A DNA stretch of 64,000 bases from Lama guanicoe (Eukaryota), in the NCBI GenBank assembly GCA_013239625.1, contig MU053934.1, positions 10,001,352-10,065,351 of the forward strand, given 5' to 3'. The position numbers were made by a program, and so were the translations under genes. Under the pieces are notes generated by a model, which did no database searches, was not told where the DNA came from, and saw only the letters and a list, made by a program, of their open reading frames with translations. Shown here piece after piece: positions 51,465-62,612 of the stretch (position 1 is its first letter; every line of letters begins with the position of its first letter).

Positions 51465-51856
51465 TGTGGTCGGCTGAATAGCGACCCCCCAAGATCTGCA
51501 CATTGCTCCCTGGAAACTGTGAGCATTACTGTATACGGCAAAAGGGTGCTTGCAGGTGTGATTCGGTTGAGGGCCCTGATGGGGAGATCAGCCTGGGCTC
51601 CCCGGGCACGTCCTCGTGAGAGTGCCTGGGAGCCGCCGGTGAGAGAAGACGGCGTGACGACGGAGGTAGAGGTTGGAGGGGCGCGCTCTCAGGATGGAGG
51701 ACGGGGCCCGAAGGGAGAAAGCAGTCTCCCTTGCAGCCCCCAGAAGAAGGCAGCCCTGCCCACACTTTGCACTTCTCAACGCCGGGGCTGAGAGTAACTT
51801 GTGCTGTTTACGGGCACTTAGTCCAGGGCAACGTGCCACAGCAGCACTGGGAAATG
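51465..51856 (+). mobile_element. MLT1D-like MaLR LTR
   Basis: tgtggtcggctgaatagcgacccccc...ccctggaaactgtga...ggcaaaaggg..ttgcaggtgtgatt. Confidence 0.8.
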
Positions 51857-52549
51857 TGGGAAAGGAAGCGACTATTACTCCCCCCACTTCACGTGGGGGC
51901 GCAGGCCACGGGGGCGGGCCCTCCACGCAGGCGTGGCTGTCTGCACCAGTGAAGGGCAGGGAGAGGCTGAAGGAGCCGAGTCACCGAGGGGAAGACGCAG
52001 TGCACGGGGGCGGGGCGCACGTGCCTCCTCCTTCCTCCTCCCGTCAGTGCTCTTGTTTTCGCTCAGACTCCTGTCTCCTCTACAGACAAGCAGTGCGTGC
52101 TTTTCCCACACTGACAGTTGGTTTGGCCAGAAAGTGCAGCTACTGAGTGGAGGGGGAGAAGGCGAGTGGGCTCACACACACAGATCTTTGGCAGCAAGCT
52201 CAGGAGCCACGGCTGATGGGGGACCCCCGGAGAGTTTGGGACAGGAGACACTGCCTTAGGATGAGGTCCATGTGCGGCGCAGGGGTGTGGGGTGGGTGGG
52301 GAGAGGGGGAATGGGAGCTGGGCAGGGAAGCTCTGCATTCTGAATTTCAGGCGGCACTCAGGGCCCCCCTTGCCCTGGGCATCCTCTCTGGCCACCAGGA
52401 TCCTACCCAACCACTCTCCAACAACAAAGCTTGGGAGTTTTAGGTGGAAGGGTGGACACCCAGTCAGAACCTCCACTTCCCAGCATCTCTTGACTGGGGT
52501 GGTCATGTGGGATGTGAGTGGAAGTGACAGGCGCCAGCGATTCACTGAC

Positions 52550-52989
52550 ACGTCAAAAGCTCGGGGAAAAAAACAAGTAAAACCAACGAAATCACTGAAG
52601 TAGGAAGTAGCAAGTTTATCGAGCACACACCAGAAGGATAGTTTGCAAACCAGGAGCACCCAAACCAAGATGTGGAGCGAGGCTCAGAGGGACGTTACGG
52701 AGCCGCCCACATGGTCTGAAGGCAGTGAGTGAGTGTGCTCCACAGTGACAGGCTACAATTTCCTTAAATAAAAGAGAACTGGTTAGCGGTCACCTCATAT
52801 CGACTTTGGGGAACAACTTAAGTTTCGCTTATGATTTTCAGACAAATAAGCAAGAAGTGATCCAGGTCACGTTAGCGTCACTTGTCTTGGAAAATAAGCT
52901 GAATTAAGCTTTGCTTGTATGACTAAACTGGTTTTGTCTGCTCAGGGAATTTTCCAGTTTGGCCTCTGTTTGTGTTTGATTTGAGCACA
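52550..52989 (-). mobile_element. ERV1-type LTR (MER34/MER49-like)
   Basis: AT-rich block with gtttgcaaaccaggagcac and ttaagctttgcttgtatgactaaactggttttgtctgctcagggaatttt; family assignment uncertain. Confidence 0.5.
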
Positions 52990-54544
52990 CGTATTCGGTG
53001 TGTGGGTCTGAGTGTCTGATCTACCTACAGGAGGCCCTCCAAGGTCTGGCACCGGCTTAGGGAACCCACTCTACAGCCAAGGAGGTGGTGGTGATGTGCC
53101 CATGGCCACTGGACCCACTGTTCCTACAACATATCCCGCCCCACCCTGAGGCTGTGGCCTGACAGAGCAAGGAAACAGGCTTTCTGCTCGGAGCCCGCGA
53201 CCTGCAAGGACAGAGCACGGCCTTCAGGACGCAGCGTCCAGCCTGCACAGTGCTGTGATCCTCTCAGTGAGGACAGGGCTGTGGGAGCCGGGGGGGGGGA
53301 GCAGGAGGCCCTGACTCTCATCACTCTCAGGGGCATCCGTCTTTCCTGTCCTCCCCGTTCTGGCCTCTCCTGGAGGTTCCCAATCCCAGCATGGGAGCAC
53401 TTCCAGAAAAAGACACAGGAAATCTCACTGAGCTTAAAAGTTACGGCTGCTGCCTACTCGCTTTGGGCTCCTTGTGCCAAGACTAGCAGGCAAGGAAAGG
53501 GGTCTTCTGACACTGGAAAAGGCAAGGATGCTACCACACGGTGGGGGCAGAGAACGCTTCTGGCATCTACACGAACCATTGGGTTTGATGGAATATGGGC
53601 AAGTCCAGCGGCCATGACCTGAGAAGGGTGTGAGGCCTCTCCGATGAGACCACTGGCTGTGAGGCCTCTCGGATGAGAGTCTGGGTCATCCGACAGGTTA
53701 AGAGACCTAGACCAGCAGAGGTGCTACTGGGGTGGGGGTGGGGGAGGGAGTCTACAACAGGTAATGGTGGAGGGACAGCACGGGTCACTGTCGTGGCTCC
53801 AGGATCCTCTTGAAAGTCTCCCCAGTAAAAGGGACTAACCGGAGTCCTGGAGATGTTGCTAGATGGCCAACTTACGTGGAGCCAGCGGCCCTGAGTGGTG
53901 CACAGGGCGGGCAGTGGCAGACGCTGCCCTCTGCTGCCCAGACTCCCCCTGGAAGACCGAGGCTCTCATTTCCCTCAGGGTGGGGAGTATCGGCTGCTGC
54001 TGGTTCAGCAGTAAGTCCCTCCTTGGGAACTGCGCTCAGCAGAAGGGCACTTCCTCCTCTTCCCAGGGGCAGCCCACATTCGATGACTGGTCCGTGCAGC
54101 CGTACAGACGCTCTACCTGCTCATCTCAACTCAAGACACCTCCGGGGCCCTCCTGGGTTGGCCTGATGCTCCATGGCAGCCCCTCAGCTCAGCTTCTCCC
54201 CACTGAGCCACCTTCATGCAAATATCCATCTCACCACCTGTTTCCCAGGGACCCAACTTGCATCACAGATGGAGCCATCCTAGATCACCACCTGTTACGC
54301 AGCATCCAGTCCTCTCCTGTCTCCTTGCTTCAGTGATGATGTTTCCTCTACCTGGAACGGCTCCTTGCATTGTCCTGTCGTAGCTCCTCCACCTGAAACA
54401 GCAGCCACAAGTTGTATCAGTCGACCTGCCTCCCCGAGCCTCAGTGAGGGCTGTTCATTCACTGTCGCATCATTTACAGTTGCCTTTTCCAACAAGAAAA
54501 GTTACAGCAGCTCAGTGCATGATAGGGTAGGAGCTCCATAATTA

Positions 54545-55200
54545 CATTTTAATGTATCACAAAACAATTTACACGTGCAGAACACCATAAAGAATAAAAC
54601 AAACACCTGAATGCACTCCATCTGCCTTAAGAAATGAAGCATAATACAACTGAATCTTCTCTGAATTCCTCAACGTTCTCAGCAGCACACAGAGGCTAAC
54701 ACATTCCTTAATTTAGCTTTCCGTATTTTTACTTAAAAAAAGGGAATTACATGGTGTCATACCATGTGCATTCATAGTCAACTTTTTTTTCACTCAAAAT
54801 TGCTTGTGAAATTCATTTGTTGACATGTGTAACTAATTTATTCATGTTTACTATCATAGAGCGTTCTCGGGAACACTAAGTGTAATTGATCAGCCTTCCC
54901 CAGGAGCCACGTTTCTAATGAACATTCCTGTCTCTGTGCACAGGCAAGTCGCCAGAGGGTACACAAAGGAGTGGGATCACTGGGCTGTAGAATGTATGTA
55001 CCTGTGACTACTAGGAAGTGCGTACGGCCACCCAAAGTTACTGAATGAATTTATGCCCCATCAGCAGTGAACCAGCACTCTGCACTGCTCATGAATCCAC
55101 ATCCTCGTCAACTTGGCACTGACAAGATTGTGAGATACTATGCCAGCCTGTTAAGTGTGAAATGGTACGTCCTTGGCTGTAATTTTATATTCACCTAAAT
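54545..55200 (-). mobile_element. Old L1ME-like 3' fragment
   Basis: ttttttcactcaaaattg...attcat, gagtgggatcactgggc, tccacatcctcgtcaacttggcact, aagtgtgaaatggta. Confidence 0.65.
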
Positions 55201-55217
55201 CTTAGAGAAGGTAAGCC

Positions 55218-55310
55218 TTTTTTTTTTTTTTAAATGGAGGTACTGGGGATTGAACCCAGGACCCTGTGCATGCTAGGCATGTGCACTACCACTGAGCTAT
55301 ACCTTCCCCC
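55218..55310 (-). mobile_element. tRNA-derived SINE (vic-1-like)
   Basis: Reverse complement reads gggggaaggtatagctcagtggtag...gtcctgggttcaatccccagtacctcca followed by poly-A. Confidence 0.9.
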
Positions 55311-56157
55311 TGCTCAATCGTACTTTGTTGCACAGATGAATGAAGGCTCTGCACATTTTTCCCCTGTGTTCCCACATTTGTTGTCTGATTCCCGCGTAGT
55401 CCCACTCCTAGCCTACCTCTGCTGCACCCTGGGTCTCACGCCCGGCCTTCCACCAGATAGTCCTTCACGTCCATCTCTACCATGCCTCTGGCATTTTCTG
55501 GAGATTCTCTCTATCTTGACTGTTTTTTGATTATGTTGCTCATACTGCTCACCTATGCCTGACCACTGGTTCTGAGATTTCACTCAGGCCTGTCCTCCCC
55601 TGTCTGACCCTGTCTCCTCATCTGGGGACTAATATGTCCTCTAACCTAGTGCCTGGCTGATGCCTCCCATCTGACCTCAAACCCAACGTATCATAAACCC
55701 ATCCTAAACTTGGTTCCAAACAGGCTCACTGCTTGCTTTGATGTTTCTGTCAGCGGTGGGAGTTATCCTTTGCTGAGACAGTCTTGAAGCCGTCAAGTCA
55801 GTCTTGGTCTCCCTCTTACTCCTTCCCCTAAGAGACAGTAGATGGGAAAGCATGAGGTCAGTTATGAGGAGCAACCAAATCTAAAATGTTACAGTTACAT
55901 CCAATCAGTCACGAACTGCTGTCATTTGTTCCTTTGTAAACTCTATCCTCTTAGTCCTGCTGTCACTGCACTCACTGATCCTTGTGATAAGTGGGACCGA
56001 GTTGGGGAGAATCCCCAAGGTCCCCAGCGCTGAGGGCATGGAAAATCTGTAATCAGAGAATATAGTCAAGAACTAGCAGAGGTGTGTCCAGGAGCTCCCA
56101 AAAGCCATGCTGCAGCTCCAGTCTGAAATGCCAGTCCCCGACCCTCAGTTTTGGTCT

Positions 56158-56402
56158 ACAGCCGATAGAAACACAAAGCAAACCACGTACGTAATTTCAA
56201 ATTTTCTGGTAGTCACATTCAAAAAACAGAAAGAATATGAAAATAACTTTAAGCAATACATTTGACTGAATACAACATACACAATATATTGTCACTTCAA
56301 TATGTAACCACCATAAAGATTATCATTTTCATTCCTTTTTTTGTACTAAATCTTTGAAATCCTGGGTGTATTTTACCTTCACGTTTCAAGCGGCGATAGC
56401 CG
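56158..56402 (+). mobile_element. MER33-like hAT-Charlie element abutting the TBC1D22A CpG island
   Basis: gtaatttcaaattttctggtagtcacatt..., tactaaatctttgaaatcctgggtgtattttac. Confidence 0.75.
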
Positions 56403-57500
56403 GGGCCCAGGCAGCGGAATTTCTCTCGCTCCAGGCGCAGCGCTTCCTCAGTCGCAGCCGGGCCTAGCCCCACCCTCCCTGCCCCGGCCACTTCGTTAGG
56501 CTGTCTGTCACTCCGCGGCTCTGTAAGTCGGCCACTTGGTACTTACCGGTCCCTCCCAAGTGCGGGCGACACGGCCTCGACCACCACCCGCAGCGGGAGC
56601 TTTCGGTTTCCGCGTCGCCCTGCCCTCGGACAGCGCCACTGTTCTGCTTCGCCCAGTAAGAGACACCTGGGCCACTAAGAGTCCGGGCCGAGCAAGCCAG
56701 CCGGACGAGACCACAGCCGCGGTACCCTCTCCGCCGAAACGCCCCGAAGGCGCCCTTTAGTGACGCCAGGCGCCCGCGCCGTGCGTCACGCGCGCCATGG
56801 ACGGAGGCGGGACTTCCGGGCGCGCGGAGGCACAACTTCCGGAGGGAGGCGGAAGAACCTCTCGGCTCTACGCTCGGGAATCCCGGGACCGCTGAGGGGC
56901 CGCCCGGGGTGCAGGAAAGGGCCGCCGGGTCTGACTGGCAGCACTCGGAGTGTCAGGGCCGCGGACCTGAGGGATGAGGAGGGGCCATGGCCAGCGACGG
57001 GGCCAGGAAGCAGTTCTGGAAGCGCAGCAACAGCAAGGTCCCTGGCAGGTGGGTGTGACGGGGACCTGGGTCGGGGTCAGGGGTCAGAGGTCAGGTAGGC
57101 GCGTCGGCCTCCTGGGCTGCGGGTGGAGGCGGGGTCTGGGGGGCGGGTAACCTGGGCTCTGAGGAGACTGCTGGGGTGTGAGGGGCGTAGAGGGGGCAGG
57201 GGGTCGTTGCGTGGGGTCTGGGAGGTGGCAGTGGCCGCAGGTAGGAGCGAGGCTGGAAGGGAGAAGGAGCAGCGGCTGGCGGGTTCGTCCTGAGGCTGGC
57301 GGGCTCCCTTCTGCGAAACTCCTCGGCCCCTGGGGAGGCTGAAAAGAGTGACTCGGCTCGTGCCGCGAGGAGTTTGGTGGAGTGAGGAAAGTGGCCGGGA
57401 CAGGCTGTGCCTGCCGGGGAGATCTGTGATCTGTTTCTGCAGGGGCGCGGTGGTTCTGACCCACTTGATTGGCCTTGTCTCTCTCGTGGGCTGCTGCTTT
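56390..57500 (+). promoter_or_regulatory. CpG island / TATA-less promoter of TBC1D22A
   Basis: CpG-dense. Half-CRE sites TGACG (56761) and CGTCA (56784); GC box GAGGCGGG (~56804); ETS/GABP sites ACTTCCGG (56812 and 56835) and CGGAAG (56850). Confidence 0.85.
56987..57048 (+). CDS. TBC1D22A: TBC1 domain family member 22A (Rab-GAP), coding exon 1; exon 2 not seen in the window
   Basis: Kozak GCCATGG at 56987; encodes MASDGARKQFWKRSNSKVPG(S), the TBC1D22A N-terminus; donor AG|GTGGGT; 62 nt; divergent from CERK as in human. Confidence 0.94.
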
Positions 57501-58429
57501 TGCTTCGAGCAGGGAAGAGTACTGAGGCTCCCTGTGAATTTCCATGTTCCCGCTCTCTGGCCTCAAAACCAACTCCTGTCTTGAGTCAGCTGCAGGAAGC
57601 AAATTAATTTTTTTTTTTTAAATTAAGTGCCTGTAGTGACCCGGGTGCACCCTGGAAGCTGTGCAACTCCAGAGTCCTCCTCTGACTGATGTGTCACCCA
57701 GCCCAGCCAGGGCCCTAGGCAACATGCAGATGTTACATGGAAAACACCTAGGGTAAAACCAGATGCCGGTGAAAATAGATGAGCCATAAACAGACTTCAA
57801 GATTTCTAAACACTGCTGTGCTTGGAAACTAAAATCTGAGATACTGAAGATTAAGAATTGTGGTGTTAACTCCAAGTAGAATCATTCATAAGTACAGTTT
57901 ATTCATAAGTATTCACAGTAAACGCTGTTGTTTGAGTGATGGAATCATAAGCTTTGGAATTCACTGCGTCCAGTCAGAAACATTTAATTTTCAGAGTGGT
58001 TTGGGAGTTAGCAAAAGTAAAGTTACTGAATGCCCAGAACAGTGACTTTGGAGGGGGCGGTTAACATTGACCAAAGACTGTGTTTCACTCCATAGGATTG
58101 TGCTGGATTGAAGACCAGTAAGAGGTTTTGTCAAGACCAGTGTCAGGGTCCAGGATGATGTGAAAATTCTGGAATGGCAGAGAATGGGAGGTCACAATAT
58201 GACAGGAACAAATAAATGCTCTAGAACGTAGACTCCAGGGAAAAGGAGCCATGTGTCAGGAGAACTTCTGTGTGTTGCTTTTAGGTCTTGAGATTTTGGT
58301 TCCTCCTCCGTCTAAGTAAACTGTTTCTTAACAACCAACTGAGATATGAGAATAGTCAAGCTCCTGTGTGTAGTTTTAATGGCAAATAGACCTTTGGATT
58401 GACGACTGTGTCTTTTGGTAATTTGTCCT

Positions 58430-58901
58430 TGTGTTGGGTTCAGTAGTGCCTCCCCCGCCCCCCGTAAATTCGGGTCTCTGGAACCTCTCTGAGTGTGCCC
58501 TTGTTAGGAAATAGGGTATTTGCTGATGTAATCAAGTTAAACTGAGGAATGAGGTCATACTGGATTAGGGTGAGCCCTGGTCCAATGACTGACGTCCTTA
58601 CAAGAAGAGGGAAATTTGGATGCAGAGAAACAGACCTAGGGAAGAAGGCATGTGGAGCTGAAGACAGGTTAAAGTGATGCATTTACAGACCAAGAAATGC
58701 CGAGGATTCTTGGCAACCAGCAGAAGCTAGGAGAAGCAGGAAGGATCCTCTCCTAGAGACTTCCGAGAGAGCCTGGCCCTGCTGATTCCTTAATTTTGGG
58801 CTTCCAGCCTCCAGCACTGGGATAGGATAAATTCCTGTTGTCTTAAGCTGCTAAACTAAGTCTGTGGTACTTTGTTATGACAGCCTCAGGAAAATGATAC
58901 T
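58430..58901 (+). mobile_element. MLT1C-like MaLR solo LTR
   Basis: gaggtcatactggattagggtg, gcaaccagcagaagctaggaga, tgtggtactttgttatgacagcc; perfect 5-bp TSD GTCCT. Confidence 0.9.
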
Positions 58902-60494
58902 GTCCTCAACTTTGTCCTGTGAAATCCTGCATTACCAGACAGGATTTCCTTCTCCTTTGGTTTTGGTGCTGGGCTGTGTCTTAAGCATCTGTGAGAGCAG
59001 CTCCCGGGTGAGTTTCAGAGTTAAAGTTGCGTCTTGGAGAGCTCCTGGAGGCTGTCCGTGCCGAGGGCAGGCAGAGAGGAAAGGGTGGCCCTCTCCCTGG
59101 AAAGGCCTGCACAGCCGCTGTGTGCCCCTGGCCTCCTGTGGCCTCACCGCTGGCTGTGCTGCTGTTGGGGCGACAGAAGGTGTTGCGAAGGTGCCCATTT
59201 TCCTCTCAGTAGGTGACCTTCCTTCCACTGGCGGTCACTAGCTTAGTCTTCAACTACACAAACGCAGAGCTGTCAGGGCCCCTTGCAGGCTCCGGTGGCT
59301 GCGCGACTCTTTCTGGGGGTTCCTGGGATTGTTTACCTTTCCTCTAGGGTGGACCTCAACCCAGAGAACCTCAGAGGAGGGGGAACACACCCACCGCAAC
59401 ATGCGGGGCTGTTAAAGGCGCTTCGATGTGGCACAGTCCTTTACACGATTAATTCCTTAGTAATAACTCCTTATGGCAATGATGGTGACGTTCAGCGAGC
59501 GTTTACTATCTGCCCAGCGCTGTCCTTGGTGCTGGGCTAGGGTTCTGTCGCCCTCCTGTTTTAGACTTTTCGGAACACATGCTCCAGGTGACACTGAGGT
59601 AGGCTCCGTTTAGAGCCTGTTAGTTGTTTTCCCCAAAGCGTCGTGCTGAGAAGTGGTTTTGCATGATATCTAAGGCCCTTTATGAGCCGATCCCACTCAG
59701 CTCTTTTGCCCCATCTCCTGACCCTTCTTGTGCTGAGCCTTGCCCTCAGCGGTGCTGATGGACTTGTAGGTTCCTTGGGGTACATGCTGTACAGTTTCAG
59801 GCTTTCGTAGCTGACCAGAATGTTCTTTCCCTCCCTCCCCTCTCCTTTGCCTGCCTTACTTTGCAAACATTTTAAAAAGTTCACTCCAGGGTACCTCCTT
59901 GTAAAGCCTTGCCTGTCTTCATGCCGTCTGGACGACAGGGCCCCTTCGTGCATCACGCTCACTGTTGCTGGGATGTGCTTGTTTTCGCCACCGGACAGCA
60001 AGCTCTGCAGTTTAGGGAGGGTGTCTTACTCATTGCTGCATCGTTAGTGCGGAATCAATGAGTGGTGGTTGATCTGAACTCCTTTCTAGATTAACCTCGA
60101 GAGAGCAAGTGACGGCCAGGGCCTCACACTGCGTGAGGGGTGGTCTTGCTCGCAGAGCCGCTCCCCTTTGCACACCCGGATCCTTAGGTTATGTGTTTGG
60201 CTGATGCTTCCTTGGAAGTTTCTGTTCTGGATGAGGCAGGATGTGTGATGTGGTGGAAAGACGTTCTCACTAGGAATTGGGTGGTCTGGGTCTCAGCCAT
60301 CTTTGTCTGTTAATCTCTTCGTGATCTTTTCCAGGTCACAGTGCCCCTGGGCCGGCAGTTTCTGTGTGTAACCTGAGGGAGTCGTGTTGGGCCTTCGTGG
60401 CTATGACCGATGGGAGGGTACTTGCTTGGCCTAACCCTGTTCTCTTTGGTGAGGATGAGAGAGGCCTCTTGGACTGGTTTTGAGAGTTTGATAA

Positions 60495-61240
60495 TTTATT
60501 GATTCAGCAAATATTTATTTAATCCATATTATGTGCCAGTGATGGTTCCAGGTGCTAGGGATACATCAGTGAACAAAACAGACCAAAATCTCTGCTCACG
60601 GAGCTAACAGCAGAGTGGGAGAGGCAGAGAATACATAAGTAGAGAGTTAGAAGATGTCACTGTCGGGAGGTGACACCTGCTGTCAAAACAAAGCTGGGAA
60701 GTGGGATAGATGGTACGAGGGCAGGTGCAGTGGGGAGGGTTTCATGGTCACCAGGCGGCCGGGTGAGCCCTCACAGCGGGTGACATTTGAGCAAGATTTG
60801 CAGCAGATGAGGGAACAGGCCTCCTGGGTGGCTGGGAAAGGGGGGTCTGGGCAGAGGGGCGTGCACGTGCAAAGGCCCTGATTTGGGATGATTTGGGAGT
60901 GATTCTGGTTTGTGGGAGAAAAGGGCAAGGGCCAGTGTGACTGTAGCCGAGAGGGAGACAGAGTCCTGGGGCACGCGGCCTGAAAGGCGCTGTGGGTGGG
61001 TCTCATGTCCCAGGAAAGACACGGACTTTCAGTCTTTTATTCTGAGTGAAGGGGGAGCCTTTGGAGGCTTCTTGGCAGAGGCGGGGCAAGACCTGCCTTT
61101 GGTGTAGCAGGCGGGCTTTGGCTGCCTGGTTGTAGGTAGACTGGGGGCTGAGAGGGCGTGGGCAGGAGAAGGGAGACCAGTTAGGAGGCTCTGTGAGCAT
61201 CCAGATGAGTGATGATGGCACCTTGATGAGAGTCAGGAAG
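60495..61240 (-). mobile_element. L2 fragment
   Basis: attcagcaaatatttatt...tatgtgccag...aggtgctagggatacatcagtgaacaaaacagac, gggtgacatttgagcaaga, agggagaccagttaggaggct. Confidence 0.85.
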
Positions 61241-62072
61241 TGGACGATAAGAATCAGAGAAGGTTCGGCCTGTTCTTTCTCGGGCCACTGGCTCGCTTGG
61301 CTCTCTCAGGGCCATCGCTTTCTGCAGTTGCACTTGGCGTTCCTGGCATGCTCACCTGTAAATGCCATGACGCGATCACAGTGCACTGGGTGTGAGAACA
61401 CAGGCCGCCTTTCAGCGTGGGTCCGATCCCCGCTGCCTTAGCACGGCCCTGCGTGGCGGTCAGCTGGAGGAGAGCAGTTGCTGCGGGGATGATCATGCAG
61501 ACGATATTAGGAGCATCTTTGATGTGTCCGGTACTGTGCTGAGTTCTGAGCAGAGAGGAGGCCCCCAGGGGCTGCCGGGCTGAGGGGGTCGGTGAGCACA
61601 CGGCACATAAACAGCCTGCAGGGCACAGTCCGGTGATGTGAGCAGAACAGTGGGCACCGCGTCCAGAGAAGGTCACATCCTCCTGGAGGAGGTCTCACCT
61701 AAGCCGGGGAAGGGGCCAGCCTGCCACGCAGAGCTGCCGGTCGGGGGTCACTGCACTCCTGGTGGGGAGGGGGAGACGAGGGGAGGGGCTGAGCAGGGCC
61801 CAGAGCACGCAGGCCTCCTGGCCCTGGAGAGGATTTGGGTCTTGGTGCTAAGAGCCGTGAGAAAGCACCAAGGGGTGATACTTGATGCTGTTCCTCCTCC
61901 TTGAATAGGGCGTGAGAGGAAGCAGGTGCGGGAGGGGAGACAGAGCAGCGGCTGTGGAAGGGAGTGGGGTGGACGGTCCAGGGCCCCTGCTGCAGGCGGA
62001 ACTCGCAGGGTTTGCTGTGGGCGGGGTGTTGGGGGTTGAGGTGATCCCAGGGTTCTGGCCTGAGAAATGGGG

Positions 62073-62612
62073 TGTGCTAGGCAGAATAACAGCCCCCCGG
62101 ATATGTCCACGTCCTCGTCCCCAGAACCTGTGAAGTGCCAGGTACACAGCAAAGGGAATTAAGGTTGCTAATCAGCTGACCTTGAGATGGAGAGGTGGCC
62201 CTGGGTTATCTGGTGGGGCCAGCGTAATCGCATCAGCTCTTCTGTCAGAGATTGGACACGAAGTGACTCCACGTGACCTGTGGTTGCTGGCTTTGAGGTG
62301 GAGGAAGGGGCCTCGAGCAGGGGCAGATGGAAGCCTCTAGAACTGGGAACAGCCTTCTGCTTACGGCAGCAGGAAGACAGGGACCAAGGTCTCACAGCCA
62401 CTAGAAACCGAGTTCCGCCAGCAACCTGGATGAGCAGGAAATGGGTTCTCCCCAGAATCGCCCCCTAGAAATGTGTGCAGCCGACTGACACCTGGACTCC
62501 AGCCTGGTGAGACCCATGCCGGCCTTCCGACCTCCAGAACTTTGAGATGATGAATGTGTATTTTGATGCACTAGGTTTGTGCTAATTTGTTACGGTGGCC
62601 ACAGGAAACCCC
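62073..62612 (+). mobile_element. MLT1E-like MaLR LTR
   Basis: tgtgctaggcagaataa...ggaattaaggttgctaatcagctgaccttgagat...tttgtgctaatttgttac. Confidence 0.85.

Noticed and set aside
53629-53678. 21-bp direct repeat with 29-bp period (similar 18-bp duplication at ~22518-22557 and 7-bp repeats at ~39495-39521)
   Set aside because: Only 2-4 units with no spacer array; ordinary slippage duplications, not CRISPR-like.
56797-56895. GCCATGG upstream ORF in the TBC1D22A promoter
   Set aside because: Closes at a TGA after about 32 codons and probably lies upstream of the TSS, among the CRE and ETS sites.
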